Of a DNA stretch of 64,000 bases, positions 1 to 12,361 are shown in pieces. Made by a program: the position numbers and the translations under genes. Each line of letters begins with the position of its first letter. Within the stretch, counting starts at the first letter, position 1. The notes beneath the pieces are model-generated. The model searched no databases. It saw only the letters and a program-made list of their open reading frames with translations, and had not been told where the DNA came from. The stretch is from NCBI GenBank assembly GCA_963667255.1, contig OY762940.1, positions 832,001 through 896,000 on the forward strand, given 5' to 3'. The DNA comes from Candidatus Cloacimonadota bacterium (GTDB taxonomy: Bacteria; Cloacimonadota; Cloacimonadia; G963667145).

Positions 1-2271
1 ATCCCAGTAAAAAATGTTCAATTAGTGAGAGAAATGTTTTTTAATGCTGTATATCTTCATGATTTAGGAAAGAGCAGTCATGGATTCCAGCGATATAAAA
101 TGGAAAATTTAGATTTTGGAGAGACAACAGCTTCTTCAAATCATTCTTATCCTTCTTCAAAAATATTTATCAAAATTTTTGCAGAAAAAATCGAAAAAAT
201 TGATGATGAATTAGAAAATTATTTACTTTTTTTTGTTTTATATAATTTTGCTTACCAAATATCAAAACATCATGGTCGATTAGAATCTTTTGAAAGTTTT
301 GTTGAGAAAACAAAAAATGAAGATTTAAAAAGTTTTCAAAAGAATTTGCAATATCTTAAAATTCCTGAATTTGAATTTTATATTCTCAATAAACTGCTTT
401 TTTCCTTGTTAGTGAGTTCTGATTATTATGCTACAACGGAATATATGGTTGATTTAAAAACAAAAAATTTCGGATTATTTGATTTATCATTAAGAAAAAA
501 ACTAAATCAAAAATTTGCTGTTTTTAAAAGTTCATTTCCAAAACCAAAAGGGATAAATGCTGCTCGCTCACAAATGTTCAATGAGACTGAAGAGGTTTTG
601 ACTAAAAATTTTGATAAAAATATTTTTTATTTGGAAGCCCCTACTGGAAGTGGGAAAACTATAACTTCCATTAATTTAGCATTAAAATTATTGGAGAAAG
701 ATAAGAAATTAAATAAATTTTTTTATATTTTCCCCTTTAATACTTTAGTTGAACAAACAAAAAATGTTTTTAAAAATATTTTTGAAGATTCAGTAAATAT
801 TCAAGTTATTAACTCCATTACTCCGATTAAAATACAAAACGACGAGGAATTAGAGGATGAAGAAACTCAATACGAAAAATCATATTTAAGCAGATTGTTT
901 TTTCATAATCCCATAATATTAATGACACATATAGCTTTATTTAAAATTTTATTCGGAATTACCAAAGAAGACAATTATCCTCTTTGGCAACTTGCCAATT
1001 CTGTGATTATCATTGATGAAATTCAATCTTACGATAACAATCTTTGGTGGTATATGATTGAATTTTTTCAAAAATATGCTGAGAGTTTAAATATCAAAAT
1101 TGTAATAATGTCTGCAACTTTGCCAAAACTTGACATTTTGTTGAATAAACCAAAAGGATTTGTTGATTTGATAAAAGACAGATCTCTTTATTTTGGAAGT
1201 AGTTATTTTAAAGATAGGGTTAAACTTGATTTTTCATTGTTAGAAGAAGAAACTTTTAAAAAAGGATCTGATGATTTGCGAAAAATTAGGATACAAAAAT
1301 TACTTTTTACCTTTGATAAAGAAAAAAATAATTATCAAAAGTTTCTTTTTGAGTTTATAAAGAAAAATACAGCTCGAGAAATTTTTAATCTTTTGAAAGA
1401 AAGGTTTAATGATGATTTTGATATTTATGAATTAACTGGTGATGATAATAAAGCTTATCGTGAATATGTGATTTCTAAAACAAAAGAGAACAAAAAAATA
1501 ATTATTGTAGCTACACAGGTTATAGAAGCAGGAGTCGATATTGATATGGATATCGGTTTCAAAAATATTTCAACCATTGATAGTGAAGAACAATTTCTCG
1601 GTAGAATAAATCGTAATTGCCAAAAGGATAATTCAAAAGCTTACTTTTTTTATTTAGATAATGAACAAGAGGTTTATAAACAAGATAACAGATTAGAGTT
1701 CAACTTGCGGAAGAAAGAATATAAAAACAACTTAATAAATAAAAATTTTAAAGATTTTTACAATGAAGTTTTAGTAAGAATTTTTAATAAAGGAAGTGAA
1801 ATAAAATCTGGTTTGGAAAGTGAAATTGACACTTTTAAAAAATATGTGGCAAACCTTAATTATAAGCTTGTTTCAGATAAAATGACTTTGATTAAATCTC
1901 AAAATTTCACAATATTTTTTCCGTTTAAGATTGATACTCAACAATATGAAATTGATGAATTTAAAAATATAGATTTTTCATTGTGTGAAGAAGGTAAATT
2001 AGATGGTAAAAAAGTTTGGGATAGATTTGAAAAATTGAACGAAATTAAAAGTTTTACTCAAAGAGAAATTGAAAAATCTAAAATAAACTCATTGATGCAA
2101 TTTTTTACTTTCAATGTTATAAAATACGATAACAATGAAATATTTACTGGGTATTACGATAAAGAAATTGGGGGAATTTATTATATAAAAGATTATAAAA
2201 ATTTTATTACCGAAGATTTAAAGTTTAAGCGAAAAGAATTTATTGATCAATGTAAAGACAATATATTTTGA
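1..2271 (+). CDS. cas3: CRISPR-associated HD nuclease/helicase Cas3 (probably 5'-partial)
   Basis: HDLGK HD motif, Walker A APTGSGKT, DEIQ, SAT and QFLGRINR helicase motifs. The frame is open from base 1, so the true start probably lies upstream of the window. Confidence 0.95.
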   Translation: MPVKNVQLVREMFFNAVYLHDLGKSSHGFQRYKMENLDFGETTASSNHSYPSSKIFIKIFAEKIEKIDDELENYLLFFVLYNFAYQISKHHGRLESFESFVEKTKNEDLKSFQKNLQYLKIPEFEFYILNKLLFSLLVSSDYYATTEYMVDLKTKNFGLFDLSLRKKLNQKFAVFKSSFPKPKGINAARSQMFNETEEVLTKNFDKNIFYLEAPTGSGKTITSINLALKLLEKDKKLNKFFYIFPFNTLVEQTKNVFKNIFEDSVNIQVINSITPIKIQNDEELEDEETQYEKSYLSRLFFHNPIILMTHIALFKILFGITKEDNYPLWQLANSVIIIDEIQSYDNNLWWYMIEFFQKYAESLNIKIVIMSATLPKLDILLNKPKGFVDLIKDRSLYFGSSYFKDRVKLDFSLLEEETFKKGSDDLRKIRIQKLLFTFDKEKNNYQKFLFEFIKKNTAREIFNLLKERFNDDFDIYELTGDDNKAYREYVISKTKENKKIIIVATQVIEAGVDIDMDIGFKNISTIDSEEQFLGRINRNCQKDNSKAYFFYLDNEQEVYKQDNRLEFNLRKKEYKNNLINKNFKDFYNEVLVRIFNKGSEIKSGLESEIDTFKKYVANLNYKLVSDKMTLIKSQNFTIFFPFKIDTQQYEIDEFKNIDFSLCEEGKLDGKKVWDRFEKLNEIKSFTQREIEKSKINSLMQFFTFNVIKYDNNEIFTGYYDKEIGGIYYIKDYKNFITEDLKFKRKEFIDQCKDNIF

Positions 2272-2277
2272 TAGATT

Positions 2278-2784
2278 ATGAATTCTATGCCAAACAACCT
2301 AACAATTACCGCTACTCAGATTAATTACTATTTTGTGTGTCATCGTGAACTCTGGTTTTTTTCTCATCAGGTGAATATGGAGCAAAATTCGGAGTTGGTC
2401 GCTTTGGGTAAACTTTTGCACGAAAATTCTTATAAGAGAGAAGAGAAAGAAGTGCAAATCGGACCGATTAAAATTGATTTCATTGGTAAGGATAGAGTTA
2501 TTCACGAGGTTAAAAAAACACCTTCGATTGAAGAGGCTCATACTTGGCAACTCAAATATTATTTGTGGTATCTTAAACAATTGGGAGTGGAAAATTTAAA
2601 GGGCGAGATAGATTATCCTAAACTAAAAAAACGAACGGAAATTGTTTTGAGTAAAGAAGATGAAGAGCAAATCATAAAGATAATAAAAGAAATTGAGCAA
2701 ATTGTAAATTCGCCGGAGATCCCGCAAATCATCAACAAGTCCCGCTGTAAAAAATGTAGCTATTACGAACTTTGTTATATTTAG
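2278..2784 (+). CDS. cas4: CRISPR-associated exonuclease Cas4
   Basis: C(HR)..W N-terminal Cys, KIDF, HEVKK, QLKYYL and C-terminal CKKCSYYELC Fe-S cluster; lies between cas3 and cas1. Confidence 0.95.
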   Translation: MNSMPNNLTITATQINYYFVCHRELWFFSHQVNMEQNSELVALGKLLHENSYKREEKEVQIGPIKIDFIGKDRVIHEVKKTPSIEEAHTWQLKYYLWYLKQLGVENLKGEIDYPKLKKRTEIVLSKEDEEQIIKIIKEIEQIVNSPEIPQIINKSRCKKCSYYELCYI

Positions 2785-2793
2785 GAGGAAAAT

Positions 2794-3783
2794 ATGATAA
2801 AGGACTATTTTTCTTTTTCCAACGGATGTTTTCAAAGGAAAGATAATACACTTTTTTATACTAATCTTGAAGGGGTTAAAAAGGTTATTCCTATAGAAAC
2901 TGTCAGAAATTTATATTTCTTTGGGGAAACTGATTTTAATACTAAATTTTTGAATTTTCTTGGTCAAAATGAAGTGTTTTTGCATATTTTCAATTATTAT
3001 GGGTTTTATTCGGGAAGTTTTGTCCCCAGAGACACTTTGCTTTCTGGAGAAGTGATTGTCAATCAAGTAAAAAAATTTACCAAGCCTTCTTTGCAATTGC
3101 TTCTTGCCAAAGAATTAATTTCTGCTACCAGAGATAATATGCTCAAAAATTTGTCTTATTATGCTAACAGAGGGAAGAACGATTTGGAAGAAATCAAACA
3201 AAAAATTGGCAGTTTTAACCTTGAGGAAGCTGAAGACACTCAGCAATTGATGGGAATTGAAGGAAATATTCGAAAGAGCTATTACCAAAGTTTCAATACG
3301 ATTATTGACAGGGAAATTGATTTTGAAAAGCGAGTTAAACGACCACCGGACAATATGATAAACACTTTGATTTCGTTCGGGAATATGATGTTATATACGG
3401 CAGTTCTCTCGGAAATTTATCGCACTCAACTAAATCCTACGATTTCATTTTATCACAAACCTTCTTATCGTAGATATTCTTTGGCATTGGATATTTCGGA
3501 ATTGTTCAAGCCGTTTTTGGTGGATAGAATAATTTTTAAGCTTTTGAATAAAAATATGATTAGTGAAAAAGATTTTAAGAAAGAGCTGAATTTTTGCTAT
3601 ATGAAAGATAAAGCGAGGAAAATTTTTGTGAAAGAGTTTGATGAAAAATTGGCAACTACTATCAAGCATAAAAAACTTGGGAGAAATGTTTCTTATCGGC
3701 ATCTTATGAGGTTGGAATGCTACAAATTTGTCAAAGTTGTTTTGGAAAATATTGATTATGAAGCTTTTAGGATTTGGTGGTAA
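2794..3783 (+). CDS. cas1: CRISPR integrase Cas1, type I-B-like
   Basis: LMGIEG, KRPPDNMINTLISFGN, LALDISELFKP, C-terminal FRIWW; RBS AGGAGG upstream. Confidence 0.96.
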   Translation: MIKDYFSFSNGCFQRKDNTLFYTNLEGVKKVIPIETVRNLYFFGETDFNTKFLNFLGQNEVFLHIFNYYGFYSGSFVPRDTLLSGEVIVNQVKKFTKPSLQLLLAKELISATRDNMLKNLSYYANRGKNDLEEIKQKIGSFNLEEAEDTQQLMGIEGNIRKSYYQSFNTIIDREIDFEKRVKRPPDNMINTLISFGNMMLYTAVLSEIYRTQLNPTISFYHKPSYRRYSLALDISELFKPFLVDRIIFKLLNKNMISEKDFKKELNFCYMKDKARKIFVKEFDEKLATTIKHKKLGRNVSYRHLMRLECYKFVKVVLENIDYEAFRIWW

Positions 3784-3786
3784 TTT

Positions 3787-4050
3787 ATGTATGTAATAGC
3801 CGTTTACGATATCGGTGAAAAGCGAGTTGGTAAGATTTTAAAAATTTTTAGAAAATATTTAACGCGGATTCAAAATTCAGTTTTTGAAGGAGAGATTAGT
3901 GATTCAAAATTTGAAAAGCTAAAAATAGAAGTGCTGAAAGTGATAGACAAGGATTATGACAATGTTTTGTATTACAAATTGGTATCCAACAAATATTTAC
4001 GAAAAGAACAGTTAGGGGTGCAATTAGATCAAATGAGTGTCTTTTTGTAG
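3787..4050 (+). CDS. cas2: CRISPR-associated Cas2
   Basis: MYVIAVYDI and IQNSVFEGEI motifs; 87 aa, directly after cas1. Confidence 0.96.
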   Translation: MYVIAVYDIGEKRVGKILKIFRKYLTRIQNSVFEGEISDSKFEKLKIEVLKVIDKDYDNVLYYKLVSNKYLRKEQLGVQLDQMSVFL

Positions 4051-4246
4051 TTGTCGATTTTGATAATTTGGGAAAATTTTTATTTTTTTCTTTGTAAAAT
4101 CTTTGTCTGAATTTGCTTATTTTGTTGTATCCCAATATGTTGTCTATCATTGGGCAATTTTACTTTATTACACATCGACGACAAAAAATTTCGTTTTTTT
4201 TAATATTTGTACTTGTGGAATAAGCATTTGTGTCGTAAAAATTACG
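4051..4246 (+). promoter_or_regulatory. CRISPR leader
   Basis: AT-rich non-coding 196 bp between the cas2 stop and the first repeat; the degenerate repeat lies at the far end of the array. Confidence 0.85.
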
Positions 4247-7200
4247 CTTTAAATTAGACTACTGTAGAATTGAAATTTCCGCAAGGTAAATATCTTGCTA
4301 CGCCTCTTAAACTTTAAATTAGACTACTGTAGAATTGAAATTAAGGCATTAAAGATTGTTCCGATTGTATTTTTATAATCTTTAAATTAGACTACTGTAG
4401 AATTGAAATTTTGTTTGCCTTTAATTCCGTTAATTTCTATGTCTCTTTAAATTAGACTACTGTAGAATTGAAATAGATAACACAGCTGAAGACATAGAAA
4501 GAAAAAAAGCTTTAAATTAGACTACTGTAGAATTGAAATAAAAAAATTCTTTAGTCAAATTTTTTACCTCTCTGCTTTAAATTAGACTACTGTAGAATTG
4601 AAATTTTTTACCTTCCTTTAAGTTTAAAGTTAAAATCTAAATTTAAATTAGACTACTGTAGAATTGAAATTAAAATAGACTTGTTGATACCTTCCATAAG
4701 CCTTCTTTAAATTAGACTACTGTAGAATTGAAATAGTGAAACTTGATGCCACATCAAGTTTCTCCCTTGCTTTAAATTAGACTACTGTAGAATTGAAATT
4801 CAGCAAGCAATACAGTTACCTGCTCTTAAAAAAACTTTAAATTAGACTACTGTAGAATTGAAATTAAGGTTTATCTTCTTTTATAAAATTGGTTGTTAGT
4901 CTTTAAATTAGACTACTGTAGAATTGAAATATGTTTCTCCAAATTACACGATTGTGCCATGGTGGTCTTTAAATTAGACTACTGTAGAATTGAAATAGCA
5001 GTTGAGGGCTTGAATAAACGAGATTACCCTGCTTTAAATTAGACTACTGTAGAATTGAAATAGCTCAGATGACATTGTATCCCAAAGAATAGGTTCGCCT
5101 TTAAATTAGACTACTGTAGAATTGAAATCTCCCTATGCTAAAAATTACATGTTGCGGATTTGCCTTTAAATTAGACTACTGTAGAATTGAAATATAAGTA
5201 TGTCTTGGCTATAATCTAAATAATTAAGTCTTTAAATTAGACTACTGTAGAATTGAAATTTCATTTTCATTATTGCTTTGAACTTGTTGGGGGGCTTTAA
5301 ATTAGACTACTGTAGAATTGAAATATCTGCAACCTCTACAAATTCAGAAATAACATAGACTTTAAATTAGACTACTGTAGAATTGAAATTAGCATACCAG
5401 CCTATTATGTTTACAAAATGGATTCTTTAAATTAGACTACTGTAGAATTGAAATTGGATAGATGAAGCGTATTTCTTCATCGCCTCAACTTTAAATTAGA
5501 CTACTGTAGAATTGAAATTTGAAATATTTGTATGATGTTCCTAAGTTAGTTGCCCTTTAAATTAGACTACTGTAGAATTGAAATCTCAACTTACTCGTGC
5601 CATTAGAACTCAAATTGACTTTAAATTAGACTACTGTAGAATTGAAATGTCAAAGCATAAATTCGGATAGTGAGCTTGCTTGCTTTAAATTAGACTACTG
5701 TAGAATTGAAATGAGATTTTGGCTTCGGCTAATTGTTGCTGATATTTTTCTTTAAATTAGACTACTGTAGAATTGAAATTCCAAAATCCCTTTGTAAGTT
5801 TCCCTTTGCTTGTCTTTAAATTAGACTACTGTAGAATTGAAATATCGCCCACTGATAGCAAAGGTTGGAATTAAATCTCTTTAAATTAGACTACTGTAGA
5901 ATTGAAATCTCAATAAAGCCTCTACAATTGGAGATGCCGCTTTTCTTTAAATTAGACTACTGTAGAATTGAAATAGGCTTATACATGCTTCTCTCAAAAT
6001 GTTATTTGTCTTTAAATTAGACTACTGTAGAATTGAAATATGGGAAGTGAGCCACCACCGAACGAGGAAAGGGTGGCTTTAAATTAGACTACTGTAGAAT
6101 TGAAATCTTAGTAGATCCGAAAGGTTTTTGGCTACTTTCTGCTTTAAATTAGACTACTGTAGAATTGAAATTTGTGTAAAGGAGAGTAAAATGAGTGGGA
6201 AAAATGCTTTAAATTAGACTACTGTAGAATTGAAATCAAAAATACTTAACTGCATACTGGGATGAGCAGAACTTTAAATTAGACTACTGTAGAATTGAAA
6301 TCTCTCAACAAGAACACATCGATGTCAAAATTGTGGCTTTAAATTAGACTACTGTAGAATTGAAATAAACTTTTTTCGCAGAGTAAAAAACGGAGAAGTT
6401 CCACTTTAAATTAGACTACTGTAGAATTGAAATCTTGGTAAATCTGAGAGGTTTTTGGCTACTTTCTCTTTAAATTAGACTACTGTAGAATTGAAATAGT
6501 GTAAAAGTGTAAAATAACCAAAATCAGCCACCTTTAAATTAGACTACTGTAGAATTGAAATTCGCCTCAAAGCTCTCTTCCGTATATTCGCCTTTGACTT
6601 TAAATTAGACTACTGTAGAATTGAAATTCATTATACTTGGACAGACCCTGCAGGCGAAGGAGCTTTAAATTAGACTACTGTAGAATTGAAATAGATTACA
6701 GCCAAAGACAATCTCCCACCATTATTTCTTTAAATTAGACTACTGTAGAATTGAAATGGCGAATATAGCACTGGTAATTATAGTACTGGTAACTTTAAAT
6801 TAGACTACTGTAGAATTGAAATTCAACATAGAGCAACCGACATCGTCAAGTTTATTCTTTAAATTAGACTACTGTAGAATTGAAATACCAATTGATAACC
6901 TGCACCTATTGTGCTAAATTCTTTAAATTAGACTACTGTAGAATTGAAATCTATCTCTGCCAGTTTTGAATGGTCAAACATACGGCTTTAAATTAGACTA
7001 CTGTAGAATTGAAATGAACAACAATTGGTGGCAAAAGGCATTGAGGCAAAAACTTTAAATTAGACTACTGTAGAATTGAAATTCATTATACTTGGACAGA
7101 CCCTGCAGGCGAAGGAGACTTTAAATTAGACTACTGTAGAATTGAAATAAAGGATAGCCGTCTGTGATAGACATTTCTGAAACATCTTTAAATTAGACTA

Positions 7201-10200
7201 CTGTAGAATTGAAATCTCATTAAGGCTAAACTTTTGGCAAGAACATATTCTTTAAATTAGACTACTGTAGAATTGAAATACCTGCTTATAAGTTTTTTCC
7301 AGCTCGGAACTATCACTTTAAATTAGACTACTGTAGAATTGAAATAGAATTACAAAAACAAGCTGGAGGTTCTCAAAATACTTTAAATTAGACTACTGTA
7401 GAATTGAAATTAGGTTTTGTTCACATTAAGACCGTGAGCGTGAGCTTTAAATTAGACTACTGTAGAATTGAAATTCATTCATCACTCTGCCAAGCCCAAC
7501 CTGTGCTTTGGCTTTAAATTAGACTACTGTAGAATTGAAATGTAAATACTGAAAGTTGTTGGAGTGTATTTCCTGTCTTTAAATTAGACTACTGTAGAAT
7601 TGAAATAAACTATTCTCCTATATTATCAAGATACAGCATCACTTTAAATTAGACTACTGTAGAATTGAAATCCAGAATTCTAAAACGCCATATTTGCGGG
7701 TTAATTTCTTTAAATTAGACTACTGTAGAATTGAAATAAGGCAATCTTGCATTTTTACTTAATCTAAATACCAACTTTAAATTAGACTACTGTAGAATTG
7801 AAATTAACATAGCATTTATCATTTGTTGTAAATTTATCACTTTAAATTAGACTACTGTAGAATTGAAATATATCTTTGTCAGTATAACCGTCTTTATATT
7901 CTGCCTTTAAATTAGACTACTGTAGAATTGAAATGAAAGAAAAAGAAGAGCAAGAGAAAGCAAGAGCAGACTTTAAATTAGACTACTGTAGAATTGAAAT
8001 AGTATCTCTTGGGGCGTTTTTTGCTTTTAAGTTGTCTTTAAATTAGACTACTGTAGAATTGAAATTTCGCTAACATCTATCAGACATTTTAATTGCTCTA
8101 ACTTTAAATTAGACTACTGTAGAATTGAAATGTGTCAAACCAGCTTGCAACTTTTCTTTTAGCCTTGCTTTAAATTAGACTACTGTAGAATTGAAATATT
8201 TCATCAAATGCCGAGGCTTGCCAGTCAAATTCACTTTAAATTAGACTACTGTAGAATTGAAATCTATATACTGGCGTGGTTAAATTTACTTGTCCTGCTT
8301 TAAATTAGACTACTGTAGAATTGAAATTTCAAATTCATTTAGCAAATCCTCCTTGCTAAGTCTTTAAATTAGACTACTGTAGAATTGAAATATTAGAAAA
8401 CTATAAAAACAAACCTATCGAAACAAACTTTAAATTAGACTACTGTAGAATTGAAATAACGCAAGCATAGGCAGAGCAATAAACTATGTAAGCCTTTAAA
8501 TTAGACTACTGTAGAATTGAAATAAAACAACCATTAGAGCCACCGCTCCGCCGTTGCTCTTTAAATTAGACTACTGTAGAATTGAAATGCTTTCGGTGTC
8601 CATTCCACCTTGCAAAATAGCTTACTTTAAATTAGACTACTGTAGAATTGAAATGCAAATTTAACCTTGAAAGCTATTGTCGTGAGAGTCTTTAAATTAG
8701 ACTACTGTAGAATTGAAATTAAAAATAGGTTTGTAGCCTGACTTAATTGCTGACTTTAAATTAGACTACTGTAGAATTGAAATAAAAACATACAAACGGA
8801 AACAGAACTTTAATGTCCTTTAAATTAGACTACTGTAGAATTGAAATATTTTAGAAACCTCGATTGGTCTTTTTAAGATTTCTACTTTAAATTAGACTAC
8901 TGTAGAATTGAAATCTCCAAAAGTAGCAGCGGCTGCATTGTCAGCTGGGCTTTAAATTAGACTACTGTAGAATTGAAATATAATTTTGTGATTTGATGGC
9001 TTGTTTGTTTGTGTTTCTTTAAATTAGACTACTGTAGAATTGAAATTCACGAACGGATTTGATGTTGGAGTTTTCATCTTCTTTAAATTAGACTACTGTA
9101 GAATTGAAATAAGTAAACGCAAAAAAAAAGCTTGCTCAACTCTTGGACTTTAAATTAGACTACTGTAGAATTGAAATGGCAAAATAGAGCTTTCGGAAAT
9201 TTGGAAAGAGAGGCTTTAAATTAGACTACTGTAGAATTGAAATAAACCTGCTCTTTTATAGCCTTTAGGCGCTTTAACTTTAAATTAGACTACTGTAGAA
9301 TTGAAATACGGTCAAGTTTGAATTGTCGCCAGTGTTTATGCTTGTCTTTAAATTAGACTACTGTAGAATTGAAATATGTCAAATTCTGACTCTTCAATAA
9401 GTTCGTTTGACTTTAAATTAGACTACTGTAGAATTGAAATTCTTTATAACCTGCCGTATCAAGTTGTTTATTCTCTTTAAATTAGACTACTGTAGAATTG
9501 AAATCTGGAGCAGGGTTGAGCCTTGACGGCGCTGATAGCCTTTAAATTAGACTACTGTAGAATTGAAATTTTTTTATTATATTAATCCCGCTTAATCTCT
9601 CTTCTTTAAATTAGACTACTGTAGAATTGAAATAAAAAAAACGCAGAGTATTTGGAAAAAGAAAAAAACTTTAAATTAGACTACTGTAGAATTGAAATTA
9701 GCATACCCTCCTACTATGTTTACAAAATGGATTTCTTTAAATTAGACTACTGTAGAATTGAAATGAGAATACAAATTTGAAAACCATTATCCAAGAGCCT
9801 TTAAATTAGACTACTGTAGAATTGAAATAATCCAAACTACCGCCACTTCCACCAACCACAGCTGGCTTTAAATTAGACTACTGTAGAATTGAAATTATTT
9901 CGCCAGACCATCTTTTGTAATGGTAGACTCTTCTTTAAATTAGACTACTGTAGAATTGAAATGTAATCAATATTAGCTCAAAATCAGTTAGGATTTCCTT
10001 TAAATTAGACTACTGTAGAATTGAAATCTCTTTGAAAGGTGCGTTTGCCCCTACTCTTGTGCTTTAAATTAGACTACTGTAGAATTGAAATATCAGCAGA
10101 GCAGGAACGGTGGCAACTATAACAGCCTTTAAATTAGACTACTGTAGAATTGAAATGACTTAACAGGTGGCGAATTAGTGGCAGGTTATACTCTTTAAAT

Positions 10201-12361
10201 TAGACTACTGTAGAATTGAAATATGAATAGCGGCAATTATAGAATATGGTTGAGGCATTCTTTAAATTAGACTACTGTAGAATTGAAATCTATTTATATA
10301 ACCCTCCTGGCGTTTATGCTTATACTTTAAATTAGACTACTGTAGAATTGAAATATTCCTGCTTTGCTCAAATCAAAAATCATTTGAACTTTAAATTAGA
10401 CTACTGTAGAATTGAAATGGTTTCCAAAACCACACAAAAACGGATAGATTTTACTTTAAATTAGACTACTGTAGAATTGAAATTTTTTAAGAGTTTCATA
10501 TTCACACGCATTGCCAACTTTAAATTAGACTACTGTAGAATTGAAATTATAGCATAAGTTCATTATCGAGTGTTTTTTCTTCCTTTAAATTAGACTACTG
10601 TAGAATTGAAATAAAGGAATTTGGCGTGAAAGTAGAAGCCAAAGCTGGCTTTAAATTAGACTACTGTAGAATTGAAATTTTGTTGTGAATGTTTGGTTAT
10701 TTGTTAGTGTTACTTTAAATTAGACTACTGTAGAATTGAAATCGACTTGACAATGGAAGAGAAACGGCTAACGAAAGACTTTAAATTAGACTACTGTAGA
10801 ATTGAAATCAGCGTGGCACTTACTAACGACCAGTTTCTGAAAGCTTTAAATTAGACTACTGTAGAATTGAAATCTATTTATATAACCCTCCTGGCGTTTA
10901 TGCTTATACTTTAAATTAGACTACTGTAGAATTGAAATATTCCTGCTTTGCTCAAATCAAAAATCATTTGAACTTTAAATTAGACTACTGTAGAATTGAA
11001 ATGGTTTCCAAAACCACACAAAAACGGATAGATTTTACTTTAAATTAGACTACTGTAGAATTGAAATTTTTTAAGAGTTTCATATTCACACGCATTGCCA
11101 ACTTTAAATTAGACTACTGTAGAATTGAAATTATAGCATAAGTTCATTATCGAGTGTTTTTTCTTCCTTTAAATTAGACTACTGTAGAATTGAAATCGAC
11201 TTGACAATGGAAGAGAAACGGCTAACGAAAGACTTTAAATTAGACTACTGTAGAATTGAAATCAGCGTGGCACTTACTAACGACCAGTTTCTGAAAGCTT
11301 TAAATTAGACTACTGTAGAATTGAAATTTAAAACTATGAAGTTGGCTTATAAGCTCGTTACCCTTTAAATTAGACTACTGTAGAATTGAAATACTTCTCT
11401 TTGATTTTTATGTTTATGACGATGATGGCCTTTAAATTAGACTACTGTAGAATTGAAATTAAGCCAATTATTCAAGAGGTTAAATTTTTAGGAACTTTAA
11501 ATTAGACTACTGTAGAATTGAAATAAAGTCGTTCCCTGTTAAGAGGGTTTCACCCCCTTACTTTAAATTAGACTACTGTAGAATTGAAATTTTGCAAGTC
11601 CAACAAAGAGAGCAAAACCAACCGCCTTTAAATTAGACTACTGTAGAATTGAAATTTCTTTTAAATTAGCTAAGTCAGATTTTTTCCATCTTTAAATTAG
11701 ACTACTGTAGAATTGAAATAACATAGATATAAAGTAGACGGAACTTCTAAAACCTTTAAATTAGACTACTGTAGAATTGAAATAAAATTCGGGTGGCACG
11801 GAAATTGCAAGCGGTAGCCTTTAAATTAGACTACTGTAGAATTGAAATTTTTTAATCTCCTAATCTTTCGGCTACTTGACCTACTTTAAATTAGACTACT
11901 GTAGAATTGAAATACAATAACAAAATGGGACGAATTTAGGAGTTAAACTTTAAATTAGACTACTGTAGAATTGAAATATCCATAATCCCTCTCTATAAAT
12001 CCGCTTCTATCGCTTTAAATTAGACTACTGTAGAATTGAAATTAATAAAAAACATACTTTATTTCTCCGCCTATCACTTTAAATTAGACTACTGTAGAAT
12101 TGAAATAAATGAGGCAAATCGTCAAATCCTTGGTCGGTTATTCTTTAAATTAGACTACTGTAGAATTGAAATGGTAGCGATACTGAGACACACACTCATA
12201 AAACCAACTTTAAATTAGACTACTGTAGAATTGAAATCGACAAATACTTGCCTATCCCTGCCCGAATGGTGGCTTTAAATTAGACTACTGTAGAATTGAA
12301 ATACGCCACATCAACAACCTTTACCTCGTCCTGAAAAAAGTGGACTCTATTAGGAGGAAAC

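Noticed and set aside
11656..11689. Spacer 114 begins with repeat-like TTTAAATTAG(CTA)
   Set aside because: A 10-nt AT-rich match could be chance among about 125 spacers; no further similarity.
12036..12218. 60-aa ORF containing repeated FKLDYCRIE
   Set aside because: Translation of CRISPR repeats and spacers, not a gene.
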